From a virus (lineage: Duplodnaviria; Caudoviricetes), in the IMG/VR virus record IMGVR_UViG_3300033513_000044, positions 1 to 25,710 of that record: a stretch of 25,710 bases of DNA. One strand, written 5' to 3'. The position numbers and the translations under genes are program-made. The notes under the pieces were generated by a model. It saw nothing but the letters and a program-made list of their open reading frames with translations. It made no database searches and had not been told where the DNA came from. Positions 25,463-25,710 of the stretch are shown here, one piece after another (position 1 is the first letter of the stretch; every line of letters begins with the position of its first letter).

Positions 25463-25710
25463 TTATCCTTCCTGGCCCGGCTCTCTTGCCGGGACAACAT
25501 CATCCACTTGGAATGCGGGGTCTGCATTGAAGTCGATACGACCGCCGCTGTAGTGTCCTGATTTTGATTTGCCTTGGGGTTGGGGTTTGCCTGAGCCTAA
25601 TCGCTCCAGGTCTTCACGAGACGGCAATCGCGGTTGCTGTGGCGCTGGTGGGACCATCTTGAGAATCTTCGCCGTGTCTTTTAGGGGATTCGGGCCATGA
25701 TAGGCTGGTA
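25463..25710 (-). CDS. 3' end of a hypothetical protein (partial)
   Basis: The frame of track ORF 25463..25657 stays open to the window edge (PAYHGPNPLKDTAKILKMVPP...); it ends in AREPGQEG. Confidence 0.55.
   Translation of the reverse strand, partial: PAYHGPNPLKDTAKILKMVPPAPQQPRLPSREDLERLGSGKPQPQGKSKSGHYSGGRIDFNADPAFQVDDVVPAREPGQEG

Larger units (their letters stand above)
1..25710 (-). mobile_element. Tailed phage / prophage packaging and morphogenesis region
   Basis: terS-terL-portal-scaffold-capsid-adaptor-fibre order, all on one strand with coupled genes. No host genes or att/integrase in the window, so prophage versus free phage cannot be decided. Confidence 0.95.

Overview
One GC-rich, minus-strand, tightly coupled operon from a tailed dsDNA phage or prophage with podovirus-like head genes. 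Reading right to left: a few small early/middle genes (partial ORF, winged-HTH protein, PD-(D/E)XK resolvase-like nuclease), terminase small and large subunits, a P22-like portal, seven small accessory ORFs (one resembling Acb2/Tad1 anti-defence sponges), scaffold and an N4-gp56/DUF4043-type major capsid protein. A ~16 kb post-capsid module follows: a decoration-like protein, a 210-aa unknown, two ~1800-aa multi-beta-helix glycanase-like proteins, an 848-aa tandem-repeat protein, a head-tail adaptor and the start of a tail-fibre-like gene missing from the ORF track. Main observation: six of the seven post-capsid genes begin with apparent Sec-type signal peptides, including those whose mature N-termini look like ordinary virion-attachment domains, whereas portal, scaffold, capsid and adaptor have none. 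This suggests virion appendages that are exported and added outside the cytoplasm. Other observations: nested, circularly permuted domain insertions in the giant proteins, short C-terminal candidate docking peptides, a mosaic 66-aa repeat array and a periodic hairpin array in the scaffold leader. All family assignments come from motif recognition by eye, not database searches. No integrase, lysis genes, tRNA, rRNA or CRISPR array were seen.
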